Assembly: GCA_041488275.1 (NCBI GenBank)
Contig: JBGPOY010000002.1
Span: 11,336 to 75,335 of the forward strand
Direction of reading: 5' to 3'
Origin: Candidatus Nanoarchaeia archaeon
GTDB taxonomy: Archaea; Nanobdellota; Nanobdellia; Woesearchaeales; ARS49
DNA length: 64,000 nt
Below, piece after piece: positions 51,981 through 61,127 of the stretch. Every line of letters starts with the position of its first letter. Within the stretch, counting starts at the first letter, position 1. The translations under genes and the position numbers were made by a program. The notes beneath the pieces were generated by a model. That model did not search any database. It saw only the letters and a list, made by a program, of their open reading frames with translations, and had not been told where the DNA came from.

Positions 51981-52322
51981 ATGGATGACTACGATCGCGC
52001 GTACCAAAAAATTCTTGACGTGCTTCGCGTGTGCCGCGCGCTTCCCGACTCCCTGCTGAAAACGTACGGCGAGGCTGCGCACACGACCATCACCTTCCGA
52101 AATCCGCTGTACGCCGAGGCCGTGCTCAAACAACTTGACGCGCTGCTCCTGCGCGTCTCGGAGCTCAATGCCGAGAACGTTGCGTTTGACGAGACTTCCT
52201 TAAGCAGGCTGGCGACGGATGCGCTCGAGGCGATGGTGCACGTGACGACCGCCACGAAAGACCAAGCGCCCTTGACGTACCAAAAGCTTGAGAAGCGTCT
52301 GCTCGACCGCGTCACACCTTGA
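51981..52322 (+). CDS. Hypothetical helical protein following the GT3 synthase
   Basis: 113-aa ORF starting 3 nt after the synthase stop. No family recognised. Confidence 0.5.
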   Translation: MDDYDRAYQKILDVLRVCRALPDSLLKTYGEAAHTTITFRNPLYAEAVLKQLDALLLRVSELNAENVAFDETSLSRLATDALEAMVHVTTATKDQAPLTYQKLEKRLLDRVTP

Positions 52323-52884
52323 CGCGGTACGCCCAGTATTTGTCCTGCGCGTTCTCGATCTTTCTCATCTGAGAAATGGTCAAATGCTCGAAGTATTTGC
52401 GTAACGGACGAATCGAGTTGCCGTGCGCGGAAATCGCGACGTTGACTTTGTAGTTCTTCATGATGTGGAGCAGGTCGTGGATGAACGGCTGCACGCGCGC
52501 GTTGACATCCTTGAACGACTCGCCTTGCGGCGGCCCGATGTTGTACGCGCGGTGGTAGACGGCGTAGAGTTTCGGGTTTTTCTTTGCGAACGCGACCTTG
52601 CTTTTGCCCGTGAGTTTGCCGTAGTTGCGCTCGCGCAGACGCGGGTCAATAATCACGGGTGCGCCTTTGTGAAATTTCAGGACTTCATCGAGCGTCTGCA
52701 GCGCGCGCTTCTGGTCGGACGAAAACGCGACGTCAATGTGCTTGCCCTTGAGCTTGCGAGCGACCTTTTTCGCCTGGCTCAGCCCGAAAGACGTGAGCGG
52801 CGTGTCGCGCCAGCCCGAGAAAATCTGGCGCTTGTTGTCGACGGACTGCGAGTGCCGAAAGAGGTAGAGAGTGCGGAACGCCAT
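52312..52884 (-). CDS. Histidine phosphatase family protein (phosphoglycerate mutase-like)
   Basis: LFRHSQSVDN (RHG-motif equivalent) and SAHGNSIR. Confidence 0.82.
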   Translation of the reverse strand: MAFRTLYLFRHSQSVDNKRQIFSGWRDTPLTSFGLSQAKKVARKLKGKHIDVAFSSDQKRALQTLDEVLKFHKGAPVIIDPRLRERNYGKLTGKSKVAFAKKNPKLYAVYHRAYNIGPPQGESFKDVNARVQPFIHDLLHIMKNYKVNVAISAHGNSIRPLRKYFEHLTISQMRKIENAQDKYWAYRVKV

Positions 52885-53756
52885 CAGCGCAATGCCTCCG
52901 CGAACGCGCCGGTGACGTCAATCGTTGCCACGGGATTGTCAATGGTGTTCGTCGCCTCGACTTTTGCGCCCAATGCCCGAAGCTTCTTGAGCGCGCCGTT
53001 GGCAAACACGCCGTGCACGCCGATGCACACGACTGAACGCACGCCGAGCTTCTTCAGCTGCTTGATGGGCTCGAGCATCGTGTGGCCGGTGCTGATGATG
53101 TCGTCCACAATCACGACGTTCCTGCCCTTCAGCGGAATCTTTGAGTGAACGATGACGCGGACTTTCGTTGCGGTGTAGCGCTTTTTCTTGAGTATGACGG
53201 AATCAACGCCTGCCTGCTTTGCGACGTCGGCTGCCCACTGGGACGATTCGCCGTCAGGGCCCATCACGATGGCGTTGCGGTGCTTTTTGCGCAGCGCGTC
53301 AGCGATAAGTCCGTCGGCGGTGAGCGTCGTCGTCTTGGTCTTGAAAATCTGGTTCAGGCTTTTGATGCGGTGCAGGTGCGGGTCCATCGTCACGACGCGG
53401 TCCGCTCGGCTGAGCGCTTCGGCAATGATGCGGTTGCTCATCGCCTCGCCGGGGTGGAACATCTTGTCCTGCCGGAGAAAGCCGAGATAGGGAGCGACGA
53501 GCGTGACGTTCTTCGCGCCTTGCTGGCGGCAGGCGCCGATGGCGAACAATGCCTGCAGCAGCGCGCGCTCGGGATTGGGCTGGAAGGAGTGCACCAGAAG
53601 CACGCGAGCGCCCGTGACCGAAAGCGGAATGCGCAGCTTCAGCTCGCCGTCAGGGAAGTGGTCGGCGATCAGCGAAGCGTAAGAAGCCTTCAGTCTGCGG
53701 GCAAGCTTGCGGGCAAACTGTTCAGAACCGGTGCCGCTCAGGACGATAGTTTTCAT
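52884..53756 (-). CDS. prs: Ribose-phosphate pyrophosphokinase
   Basis: PRPP-binding loop VVIVDDIISTGHT and DPHLH-region motifs. Start taken at MKTIVLSG. Confidence 0.9.
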   Translation of the reverse strand: MKTIVLSGTGSEQFARKLARRLKASYASLIADHFPDGELKLRIPLSVTGARVLLVHSFQPNPERALLQALFAIGACRQQGAKNVTLVAPYLGFLRQDKMFHPGEAMSNRIIAEALSRADRVVTMDPHLHRIKSLNQIFKTKTTTLTADGLIADALRKKHRNAIVMGPDGESSQWAADVAKQAGVDSVILKKKRYTATKVRVIVHSKIPLKGRNVVIVDDIISTGHTMLEPIKQLKKLGVRSVVCIGVHGVFANGALKKLRALGAKVEATNTIDNPVATIDVTGAFAEALR

Positions 53757-53833
53757 CACGCCTCTTTTTACTCTGCTGTGTGCGGACAAACGTTTTTAAA
53801 TGCATCGCTCTCGATTCAGGGCAAAGAGGACGC

Positions 53834-55093
53834 ATGCACATCAAGAACGCAGCACAGGTAGGAACGTCTCCCGCATCGCGTGCGTGCGTGAAAATCCTGA
53901 ACGCAGGCCTGGACGCCGTTGACCCGGAACGCGCGCTCCGCGAAGCGATTTCAGTGCAAGGGAACGTGCTGCGCATCGGGACGTTTTCATGCTACTCTCA
54001 CCAGTTCCGCCGCATCATCGTTGTCGGTGCGGGAAAGGCGTCGGGTATCATGGCCTCTGTTGTTGAAAAGATTCTCGGCAATCGCATCACGAAAGGCAAA
54101 GTGATTGACATCACGGCGCGCACGCTGAAACGCATTACGGTCGTCGCGGGCGACCATCCGGTACCTTCGCCCAACAATGTCGCGCACACCAAGAGCATCC
54201 TGCGCATGACAAAAGGTCTGCGCGAAGACGACCTCGTCCTGTGCCTGATTTCCGGCGGCGGCAGCGCGCTTTTTACCGACCCGCGCATCCCGCTTGCCCA
54301 GTATCTTCCGCTCACGAAACGTTTGCTGAAGAGCGGCGCGACCATTCAGGAGTTCAACACGGTGCGCAAGCACCTTGACGGCGTCAAGGGCGGGAGGTTC
54401 GCGGCGCACTGCGCTCCCGCAACCGTCGTTTCGCTGCTGGTGTCAGACGTGCCCGGGAACGATCCCGCGGTCATCGCCAGCGGTCCGACGGTGCACGACC
54501 CGACGACGATTCGCGACGCGCAGCAGATTCTCGCGAAGTACAGCCTGCCGCAGGTGCCCGTGTCCGAAACGCCGAAAGAGGCGAAGTTCTTCAGGCACGT
54601 GCACAACCAAGTCGTCATCGACAATACGCGCGCCGTGAACGCGATGGTCGTCGAAGCCAAGAAACTCAAGCTCAAGACGATTATTCTTTCGACAGAACTG
54701 ACGGGAGAAGCGCGCGACACGGGAAAGAAACTGCTCGCGAAACTCAAGCCGCGCACGGCGGTGATTGCCGCGGGCGAAACGACCGTCACGGTGCGCGGCA
54801 CCGGTAAAGGCGGGCGCAATCAGGAGCTCGTGCTGGGCAGCATCCGCGAGCTGGCGAAAATGAAAAACACCGCGCTCGCGTCCATCGGCACGGACGGCAT
54901 TGACAATTCCCCTCACGCAGGCGCGATTGCGGACACCATGACATTCACACGCGCGCAGCAGCTCAAGCTCGATGACAAAGCGTTCCTGAAAGACAACAAC
55001 TCCTTCGTGTTCTGGCAAAAACTCAAAAAAGCGGTCATTACGGGTCCGACGGGGACCAATGTGTCTGACGTGATGCTCGCGGTCCGGCTTTAA
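53834..55093 (+). CDS. Glycerate 2-kinase (DUF4147 + MOFRL family)
   Basis: VVGAGKASGIMA and AGETTVTVRGTGKGGRNQE motifs. Leaderless spacing from gtttttaaatgc. Confidence 0.85.
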   Translation: MHIKNAAQVGTSPASRACVKILNAGLDAVDPERALREAISVQGNVLRIGTFSCYSHQFRRIIVVGAGKASGIMASVVEKILGNRITKGKVIDITARTLKRITVVAGDHPVPSPNNVAHTKSILRMTKGLREDDLVLCLISGGGSALFTDPRIPLAQYLPLTKRLLKSGATIQEFNTVRKHLDGVKGGRFAAHCAPATVVSLLVSDVPGNDPAVIASGPTVHDPTTIRDAQQILAKYSLPQVPVSETPKEAKFFRHVHNQVVIDNTRAVNAMVVEAKKLKLKTIILSTELTGEARDTGKKLLAKLKPRTAVIAAGETTVTVRGTGKGGRNQELVLGSIRELAKMKNTALASIGTDGIDNSPHAGAIADTMTFTRAQQLKLDDKAFLKDNNSFVFWQKLKKAVITGPTGTNVSDVMLAVRL

Positions 55094-55725
55094 TTCGCTT
55101 TAAGCGATTGCAGCGCGTCAAATTCCGCTGCGCTCAACGGTTCTTTGTATAATTCCTGCTCGAGCCAGAGCCCGCTTTCGCGGATTTTCTGTTTTGGAGA
55201 ATGGAGACCGAGCCAATTTGATGAGGGCTCGCACGCGGCGCAGTGCGAGAGTGTTGAAATGATGCGCGATTCGAACAATTTTCTTTGCGCGGGGTCGTCG
55301 ACCTGCACGACGACAAAACTAAAAGAATTTTGCAGGCGCTTGCTGACGTGCTGCTCTGTCGTTTCCTGCTTCTTGAAATCAATGCTCGCCGAGTGCTTTT
55401 CCTTTGCGTCTTTGGTCGTCAAGTCGAGTTCCCATTGCGCAAGAAACGGGTCGTTGTCTTTCGCGAGCAGCGCGCGTCCGATATTTTTGCGAAAGATGCT
55501 GCGGTCCTTGTTTTCGTTCTCGAAATGCTGCCACAGCCGCGAGCGCAGCTGGTCCTTGCCCGTGTGGGTTCCGACGCGGACAATGCGCCGCGCGCCGTGA
55601 CCGGTTTCGCCGTGCTCGAACAGCAGATAGATGCCGTTCAGCGGAATGTCCTTGTTGTTGAACGGAAACGTGAACGCGGGCAGCTGGTTCGCCCACCGGT
55701 GCAGCGCGTTGCAGAGGTCAGCCAT
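55090..55725 (-). CDS. GIY-YIG-like nuclease domain protein
   Basis: NGIYLLFE...IVRVGTH...LRSRLWQH...LFESRIISTL fits a GIY / YIG / R / E pattern. By-eye assignment only. Confidence 0.55.
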   Translation of the reverse strand: MADLCNALHRWANQLPAFTFPFNNKDIPLNGIYLLFEHGETGHGARRIVRVGTHTGKDQLRSRLWQHFENENKDRSIFRKNIGRALLAKDNDPFLAQWELDLTTKDAKEKHSASIDFKKQETTEQHVSKRLQNSFSFVVVQVDDPAQRKLFESRIISTLSHCAACEPSSNWLGLHSPKQKIRESGLWLEQELYKEPLSAAEFDALQSLKAN

Positions 55726-56134
55726 GGAGTTTCCCCTTCAAAAACTGCAGCTGCTTGCCGATGCCGAGCCCGCGCATCGGGACCGTGACGTGGCTTAGGT
55801 GAGCGAGCAGGTACTTGCGGTAGTTTTCGCCGGCGAGAAAGACGACTTCGTCGTCGCGCATGTTGATATGCGTTCTCAGCTGCTGCGCAACGCGGTCTGC
55901 CCACGCCTTTTTCTCGCGTTCGGGCATTGCGTTCAGGGTTTGGTCGTACGGCTCAATCTCGTCGTTGAGCGCAATCAGGCCGTACTTTGCCGAAAGAATG
56001 AAAATGTCGCGCGGCTTGAGCGTTTTCGCGTAGGCGAGGTTGAACTTGAACAGCGTGCTCGTGTACAAGTCCTGCGCGCGAGCCTTTCGGGCGAGCTTTT
56101 TGCTCACGCACGATAGCAGCACCACCCGTTCCAT
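55718..56134 (-). CDS. Conserved uncharacterised protein (recalled as DUF6884-like; unverified)
   Basis: VVLLSCVSKK..DLYTSTLFKFNLAYAK...IFILSAKYGLI..DEIEPYD.TLN.....K.WA..V...L.....FLAG..Y...L......P..GLGIGKQLQFLK. 8-nt overlap with the GIY-YIG gene. Confidence 0.6.
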   Translation of the reverse strand: MERVVLLSCVSKKLARKARAQDLYTSTLFKFNLAYAKTLKPRDIFILSAKYGLIALNDEIEPYDQTLNAMPEREKKAWADRVAQQLRTHINMRDDEVVFLAGENYRKYLLAHLSHVTVPMRGLGIGKQLQFLKGKLHG

Positions 56135-56211
56135 GCGTATGCATAAGGTGGGTTCTTATAAAATACTTGCGAGCGCAACGTTCTTAAATTCCGCCCTTTC
56201 ACCCCGACGCT

Positions 56212-56721
56212 ATGGCCAAGATTTTCACCAACGAGACGTGCGCCATCGCCACGATTTACCTGTTCGTGGACCGTCATCCCGAAAAATCGGCAGCCACGAT
56301 GGAGTTCGCGCGCGCCAATTGCGAGTTTAACGCGCGGAAGAAACAGCCGAACTGGCAGCCCACCTTCAAAGGCGGAGACTCGTTTGAGCGCAGGCTGTAC
56401 GGCACGTTCGAACGCCCGATGGTGGAGGTCGTTAAACGAATGCTTGAGCGCGCGCCGCGCAGCGATTACGGCGACAAACGCATCGTCATCGGAACCCATA
56501 CCGGCTCGTCGTGGGGCAAAACGCAGTACGGAATCCACAACGAAGGACAAACGCTCTTTTTCTACACCTCGAACGCCGCCTTCAACCAGCATTGCCAGCC
56601 GCCGCGCGACGCGTTCGAACTCTTTCGCCCGTGGGTGTCAGGACCGCAGTACGAATGGGAATTACGAGCGTTGATTGAAACGCAGTTGGAAGAACTCGTT
56701 ACCGAATACACGCTCGCGTAA
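56212..56721 (+). CDS. Hypothetical protein
   Basis: 169-aa ORF, divergent from the DUF/GIY-YIG pair. Leaderless spacing from ttcttaaatt. No family recognised. Confidence 0.5.
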   Translation: MAKIFTNETCAIATIYLFVDRHPEKSAATMEFARANCEFNARKKQPNWQPTFKGGDSFERRLYGTFERPMVEVVKRMLERAPRSDYGDKRIVIGTHTGSSWGKTQYGIHNEGQTLFFYTSNAAFNQHCQPPRDAFELFRPWVSGPQYEWELRALIETQLEELVTEYTLA

Positions 56722-58026
56722 TCACGCCTTCGGCATCCAGCATTTCTTGTCGCAGAACTTCACGCCTTCTTCCATTTTCTCCTCGATGCGGAGGAGTTGG
56801 TTGTATTTGCTCGTGCGTTCGCCGCGTGCGGGCGCGCCTGCCTTGATTTGCTGGTTGCCCAGCCCGACAGCGAGGTCGGAGATGAAGTGGTCCTCGGTTT
56901 CTCCCGAGCGGTGCGAGACCATCACGTTCCAGTTCGCCTTTTGCGCGAGGTGGGCTGCGTCAATCGCTTCCGTGAGCGTGCCGACTTGATTGACTTTCAG
57001 GAGCAGACAGTTGGCGGATTTTGACTTGATTGCGCGAGCGATGCGGTGCGTGTTGGTGACCGTGAGGTCGTCGCCGACAATCTGGCATTTCGCGCGGAAC
57101 TTGCGCGTCGCCTGCGCGAAATCGCCGAATGCCTCCTGATGAAATGGGTCCTCGATGCTGACAATGGGGTATTTCTTGAGCAAGTCAGAATAGATGTCAA
57201 GCAGTTCGCCCGAGGACACGTGCTTGCCGCGCACCAGGTACGCGCCGTGGTGGTAGAACTCGCTCGCGGCGACGTCCATCGCGAACTTGACCTCCTTTTG
57301 GTAGCCGAGTTCCTCGACGGCTTCGGTCAGCAAGTCGAGAGGTTCCTCGACGAGCTCGCACATCGTGCCGCCTCCGCCGTGACAGTGCGGCGTGAACCCG
57401 CCTTCGTCTCCGACGTTCGAGGACTCCTTGCCATAGCGCTTGATGATGATTTCGCGGAGCGTGTGGTAGGTCTCGGACGCCATCCGTAGGCTTTCGCGGA
57501 AGTTTTCGCCGAACGGCACAATCATGAATTCCTGAAAGTCAATGTTGGTGCCGGCGTGCCTGCCGCCGTTGATGACGTTCATGAACGGCGCGGGAAGGAT
57601 GTACTTCTTGTGCCCGCAGAGCTTGCCGAGATATTGGTACGTGGGCATTTCTGACGTGACGGCTGCCGCTTTCGCGACGGCGAGGCTGACGCCCATGATG
57701 GCGTTCGCGCCGAGGACGGACTTGTTCGCGGTTCCGTCGATTTCAATCATCAGTTCGTCAATCGCGCGCTGATCCCGAGAGTCCATTCCCGTGATTTTGG
57801 GCGCAATCTGGTGGAGAATGTTCCGCACCGCGCGCTGAACGCCCAGCCCGAGAAACCGTTTGCCGCCGTCGCGCAGTTCGAGCGCTTCGTGGACGCCGGT
57901 GGACGCTCCGGAAGGAACCATCTCGCGGCCGTACCTGCCCGAGGAGGTGTGGACATCCACTTCGACCGTGGGGTTGCCACGGCTGTCGAGCACTTCGCGG
58001 GCAAGAATTTTCGTTATTGCATACAT
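56722..58026 (-). CDS. eno: Enolase
   Basis: Full-length match to enolase motifs (SRGNPTVEVDV, SHRSGETED, IKAGAPARGER). Confidence 0.96.
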   Translation of the reverse strand: MYAITKILAREVLDSRGNPTVEVDVHTSSGRYGREMVPSGASTGVHEALELRDGGKRFLGLGVQRAVRNILHQIAPKITGMDSRDQRAIDELMIEIDGTANKSVLGANAIMGVSLAVAKAAAVTSEMPTYQYLGKLCGHKKYILPAPFMNVINGGRHAGTNIDFQEFMIVPFGENFRESLRMASETYHTLREIIIKRYGKESSNVGDEGGFTPHCHGGGGTMCELVEEPLDLLTEAVEELGYQKEVKFAMDVAASEFYHHGAYLVRGKHVSSGELLDIYSDLLKKYPIVSIEDPFHQEAFGDFAQATRKFRAKCQIVGDDLTVTNTHRIARAIKSKSANCLLLKVNQVGTLTEAIDAAHLAQKANWNVMVSHRSGETEDHFISDLAVGLGNQQIKAGAPARGERTSKYNQLLRIEEKMEEGVKFCDKKCWMPKA

Positions 58027-58118
58027 GCGCGGGACCTCTTTTGCCTGAATGAGGCGTGCGGAGTTTTTAAGGGTTGGGGTGCGTAACCTTTAAAAGCCGC
58101 CCGAGTGAAATCTCAGCT

Positions 58119-58742
58119 ATGCATGCGGAAGACTGGGGGCGCGCGTACACTGCCTCGACGAGGAACGAACTGCCGGAAGTCAAGCGAGAGTTCTCGCTCG
58201 AAAAGCTCGCGGTCGAGAAGTACGCGACGCCGCTCGACATGGACCTGACGGTTGCGGAAAAGAAGATGCGCGAACAGCCGCCGGGAAGTCAGCTGGTCTT
58301 CGTCACGCTCGAGCACGTCTGCAATGAGGGCAAGAAGTTCGCGATTCTGCCCAGCCATCCGGGTTTTGAGCAAATTCGTTCGCTGGCGGCGGACGTTCTG
58401 CGCGATTTCGCCATCGAGCCCGCGCTCCGCGTCACGCTGCCGTGCCTGACCTACGTCAACCCGCTCGTGTACACGGCGTGGCACGACACGGCGACGGGTT
58501 CCGGCTCGTACGCGGACATGCAGCGCTCCATCCGCGAGCAGCATCCTGACTTTCAGCTCAACAATGCCATTCTTTCATCCGCGGGCAAGTATTCCAAGCT
58601 GACGTTCCACTTCGGCTATTTCCCAAAGAACCAGCAGGCAGAAGCAATTGTCAAGAAGTACGAAGCGCAGTTGAAGCGCGTGCTCATCTCAAGCACGAGA
58701 ATCAAGAAGCAGCGGCAGACGAGTTCTCCGTTCGCGCTATAA
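58119..58742 (+). CDS. Hypothetical protein
   Basis: Start taken at MHAEDWG, about 25 nt from cctttaaaag. No family recognised. Confidence 0.5.
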   Translation: MHAEDWGRAYTASTRNELPEVKREFSLEKLAVEKYATPLDMDLTVAEKKMREQPPGSQLVFVTLEHVCNEGKKFAILPSHPGFEQIRSLAADVLRDFAIEPALRVTLPCLTYVNPLVYTAWHDTATGSGSYADMQRSIREQHPDFQLNNAILSSAGKYSKLTFHFGYFPKNQQAEAIVKKYEAQLKRVLISSTRIKKQRQTSSPFAL

Positions 58743-58778
58743 GAAACATTTATAGAGTTCTCAGCGCCACTCCGCAGC

Positions 58779-59822
58779 ATGACCGACCTGCTCGTACGAC
58801 GTTTTGCGAACGAACGGCTGGTCAATTCTCCGTTCACGACGCCGCGCGACGTCGTTGCTTGGTTCGGCGCGGTGCAGGCGCAGGATTTCTACGCAAGCAC
58901 GTGGGCGGTTGGGATGCGCATTCCCGGCGCGACCGAGAAAGACATCGAGCGCGCGCTGCACGACGGCTCAATTATCAAGACGTGGGCGATGCGCGGCACG
59001 CTCCACTACGTCACGCCTGACGATTTCCGTTGGATTATGAAACTCACCGCGCCGAGAATGATGAAACGGTTCGCGTATTATCACAAAAAGATTGGATTGA
59101 CCGAAGCGATAGTCGCGAAGTCCGAAAAAGTCATCGTCAAGGCGCTCAAAGGCAGGCAGTTGACACGCGCGGAGATTAAGCACGCGCTGGTCAAGGCGGG
59201 ATTACGCACCGCCGAGATGAAAGCGATGTTTATGCTCAGTAACGCCGTGTACAAAGGGCATGTCTGCTGGGGTCCGCGCCGGGGAAAACAGTTCACGTTC
59301 GTGCTGGTCGACGAATGGGTGCCGAAAGGAAAGCAATTGACGCACGACGAAGCGCGGATTGAGCTCGCGCGGCGCTATTTCACGAGCCACGGTCCGGCGA
59401 CGGTGCGCGATTACGTCTGGTGGTCGAGTTTGACGGTGAAGGACGCGAAGTTTGCGCTCGCGCATCTCAAACACGAGCTGACGGAAGAAGTCATCAGTGG
59501 CAAAGCGTATTACGCGCCCAAGAAGCAGCTGCCCGTCAAAAGAGGAATGACCGACCTGATTCCCATTTACGACGAATACACTATCGCGTTCCAAGACCGG
59601 GACTCGTTCTACGACGTGAAGTACAAGCGGGAAATGATCATGGGCTTCGGCTACATTATCGTGCGCGACGGCAAGGCAGTCGGCACGTGGCAGCGGAAGC
59701 TCGACAAGAAGAAAGTCACCATCAAACTCAAGGTGTTCGACGGCGCCGTCGACCAGGGGGTCGTCGTCGCCGCGAAGAGATACGCCGACTTCGTCGGAAA
59801 GAAACTTGTCGTGAAGAAATAA
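58779..59822 (+). CDS. AlkZ/YcaQ-like winged-helix DNA glycosylase family protein (HTH_42)
   Basis: FGAVQAQD and WAMRGTLHYVTPDDFRW motifs, characteristic of the family. Confidence 0.8.
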   Translation: MTDLLVRRFANERLVNSPFTTPRDVVAWFGAVQAQDFYASTWAVGMRIPGATEKDIERALHDGSIIKTWAMRGTLHYVTPDDFRWIMKLTAPRMMKRFAYYHKKIGLTEAIVAKSEKVIVKALKGRQLTRAEIKHALVKAGLRTAEMKAMFMLSNAVYKGHVCWGPRRGKQFTFVLVDEWVPKGKQLTHDEARIELARRYFTSHGPATVRDYVWWSSLTVKDAKFALAHLKHELTEEVISGKAYYAPKKQLPVKRGMTDLIPIYDEYTIAFQDRDSFYDVKYKREMIMGFGYIIVRDGKAVGTWQRKLDKKKVTIKLKVFDGAVDQGVVVAAKRYADFVGKKLVVKK

Positions 59823-59845
59823 AAAGTAAAAGAAAAAATATCGCT

Positions 59846-59998
59846 TTACGCTTCCGCTTTCTTTTGCAGATCCTTGATGCGTTCCTTCACGCCCTGCGTC
59901 TCGTGCTCGAGCTGCTCCTGGTATTCCTTGAGCATCTCAATCTTCTCTTCCTTGGTCAGGAAGTTGCGAGGGCCGCAGGCGTTGCCGCAGCAGTCCAT
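59846..59998 (-). CDS. Small Cys-rich/coiled-coil protein (50 aa)
   Basis: Hand translation MDCCGNACGPRNFLTKEEKIEMLKEYQEQLEHETQGVKERIKDLQKKAEA. Below the ORF-track cutoff. Confidence 0.4.
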   Translation of the reverse strand: MDCCGNACGPRNFLTKEEKIEMLKEYQEQLEHETQGVKERIKDLQKKAEA

Positions 59999-60036
59999 TC
60001 CCACCGTGTCACCTCCGCGCGTGTCCGCGCACGTTG

Positions 60037-60639
60037 CTAGAATCCCAGTACCTCAGGCACCAGGATGATGGTGATGCGTCCGGGCGTGATTTCCTTGTTG
60101 ACGACCAGCATTTTGTTGATGCCGCTGTGGACGCCGTACGCCTTGAGCGCGCGTGCATCCTCAAGCGGGAACGTGTGGGTTTCGAGGCGCTTCATGCCGT
60201 CGTTGAAATCCTTGACGATTTTCTGCGTGCCGACGACCCAGATGACTTTTTCCGCGCCATACGCGTAGGCGGGAATCTGTGAGCCTGTCGCGGACGCGAT
60301 GTGGACGTGGCCTTCCTGCGTCACGGCGTGGACGCTCCCGACGGCGTAGTCGGGAATGCAGCCGAGCGCTTTCTTTTCTTTCTGCGGGACGCTCTTGTCC
60401 CAGAGTTTGCCTCGCGCGGCCTTGTACTGGCCGGACTCGTTGATTTCCTTCGAGATGCCCAGCGCGTCGAGCGTGACCGAGGTCATCTGCATGACTTCCG
60501 CGCCTTTCGGAATGAGCTTGAAAACGTGCGCCTTCGCGTCGGCGCCGTCTTTCGCGACGATGACGTTGAAGCCGTTCTTCCTCAGCGCCTCTGCCGTCTT
60601 GTTCACGATGTCGTGAGTTGCAAGGGTGTCGTATGCCAT
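60037..60639 (-). CDS. LUD domain (LutC/YkgG-like) protein
   Basis: Start taken at MAYDTL. Pattern ..AVGSVHAVTQEG.....SATGSQ...Y.....IWVVGTQKIV is typical of the LUD/DUF162 fold. Confidence 0.65.
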   Translation of the reverse strand: MAYDTLATHDIVNKTAEALRKNGFNVIVAKDGADAKAHVFKLIPKGAEVMQMTSVTLDALGISKEINESGQYKAARGKLWDKSVPQKEKKALGCIPDYAVGSVHAVTQEGHVHIASATGSQIPAYAYGAEKVIWVVGTQKIVKDFNDGMKRLETHTFPLEDARALKAYGVHSGINKMLVVNKEITPGRITIILVPEVLGF

Positions 60640-60667
60640 AGGTATTTCCTCCACGAGTATGTTCTGT

Positions 60668-60683
60668 ATATCGGATATCCGAT
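60668..60683. promoter_or_regulatory. Perfect 16-bp palindrome TATCGGATATCCGATA (candidate PadR operator)
   Basis: Lies in the divergent LUD / padR intergenic region. Confidence 0.5.
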
Positions 60684-60696
60684 ACAACTATTTAAG

Positions 60697-60714
60697 CATA
60701 TCGGTTTTCCGATA
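60697..60714. promoter_or_regulatory. Inverted repeat ATATCGG-TTTT-CCGATAT (second candidate PadR operator)
   Basis: Same half-site as the 16-bp palindrome. A further CACCGATAG half-site follows. Confidence 0.45.
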
Positions 60715-60756
60715 TTCACCGATAGATATAAGAAGGAAGCGTCCGTTGAGAACCGT

Positions 60757-61056
60757 ATGACCGCGCACTGCGAGATGAAGGGTTTTCTGAGCTTTCTCGT
60801 GCTGCGAATGATCAGCGAAAAGGAGATGTCCGGCGACGACGTGCGCAAGGAAATCGAAAAGCGCAAGGGCTGCCTGCCCAGCGCGGGCACGATTTATCCC
60901 GTGCTCAAGGACCTGAAGGAAGGCGGACTCATCAAGGAGCTCAAAGACGGCGGAAAAGTCAAGAAGTACACCGTCACCGAAGCCGGCAAGAAGGAAATGA
61001 AGACTGCGGTGAAGAAGTTCGTGGCGCTGTTCTCGGATTTGCGGAACGAGTTCTGA
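60757..61056 (+). CDS. PadR family transcriptional regulator
   Basis: LSFLVLRMISEKEMSGDDVRKEIEKR.....SAGTIYPVLKDLKEGGLI is the PadR wHTH signature. Confidence 0.85.
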   Translation: MTAHCEMKGFLSFLVLRMISEKEMSGDDVRKEIEKRKGCLPSAGTIYPVLKDLKEGGLIKELKDGGKVKKYTVTEAGKKEMKTAVKKFVALFSDLRNEF

Positions 61057-61127
61057 TGCTCTTAAAATCCCAATACCGCAAGGATTAAAAGAAGACCACT
61101 GTCGGAGGCGAGTATGGCGCGTAGAAC

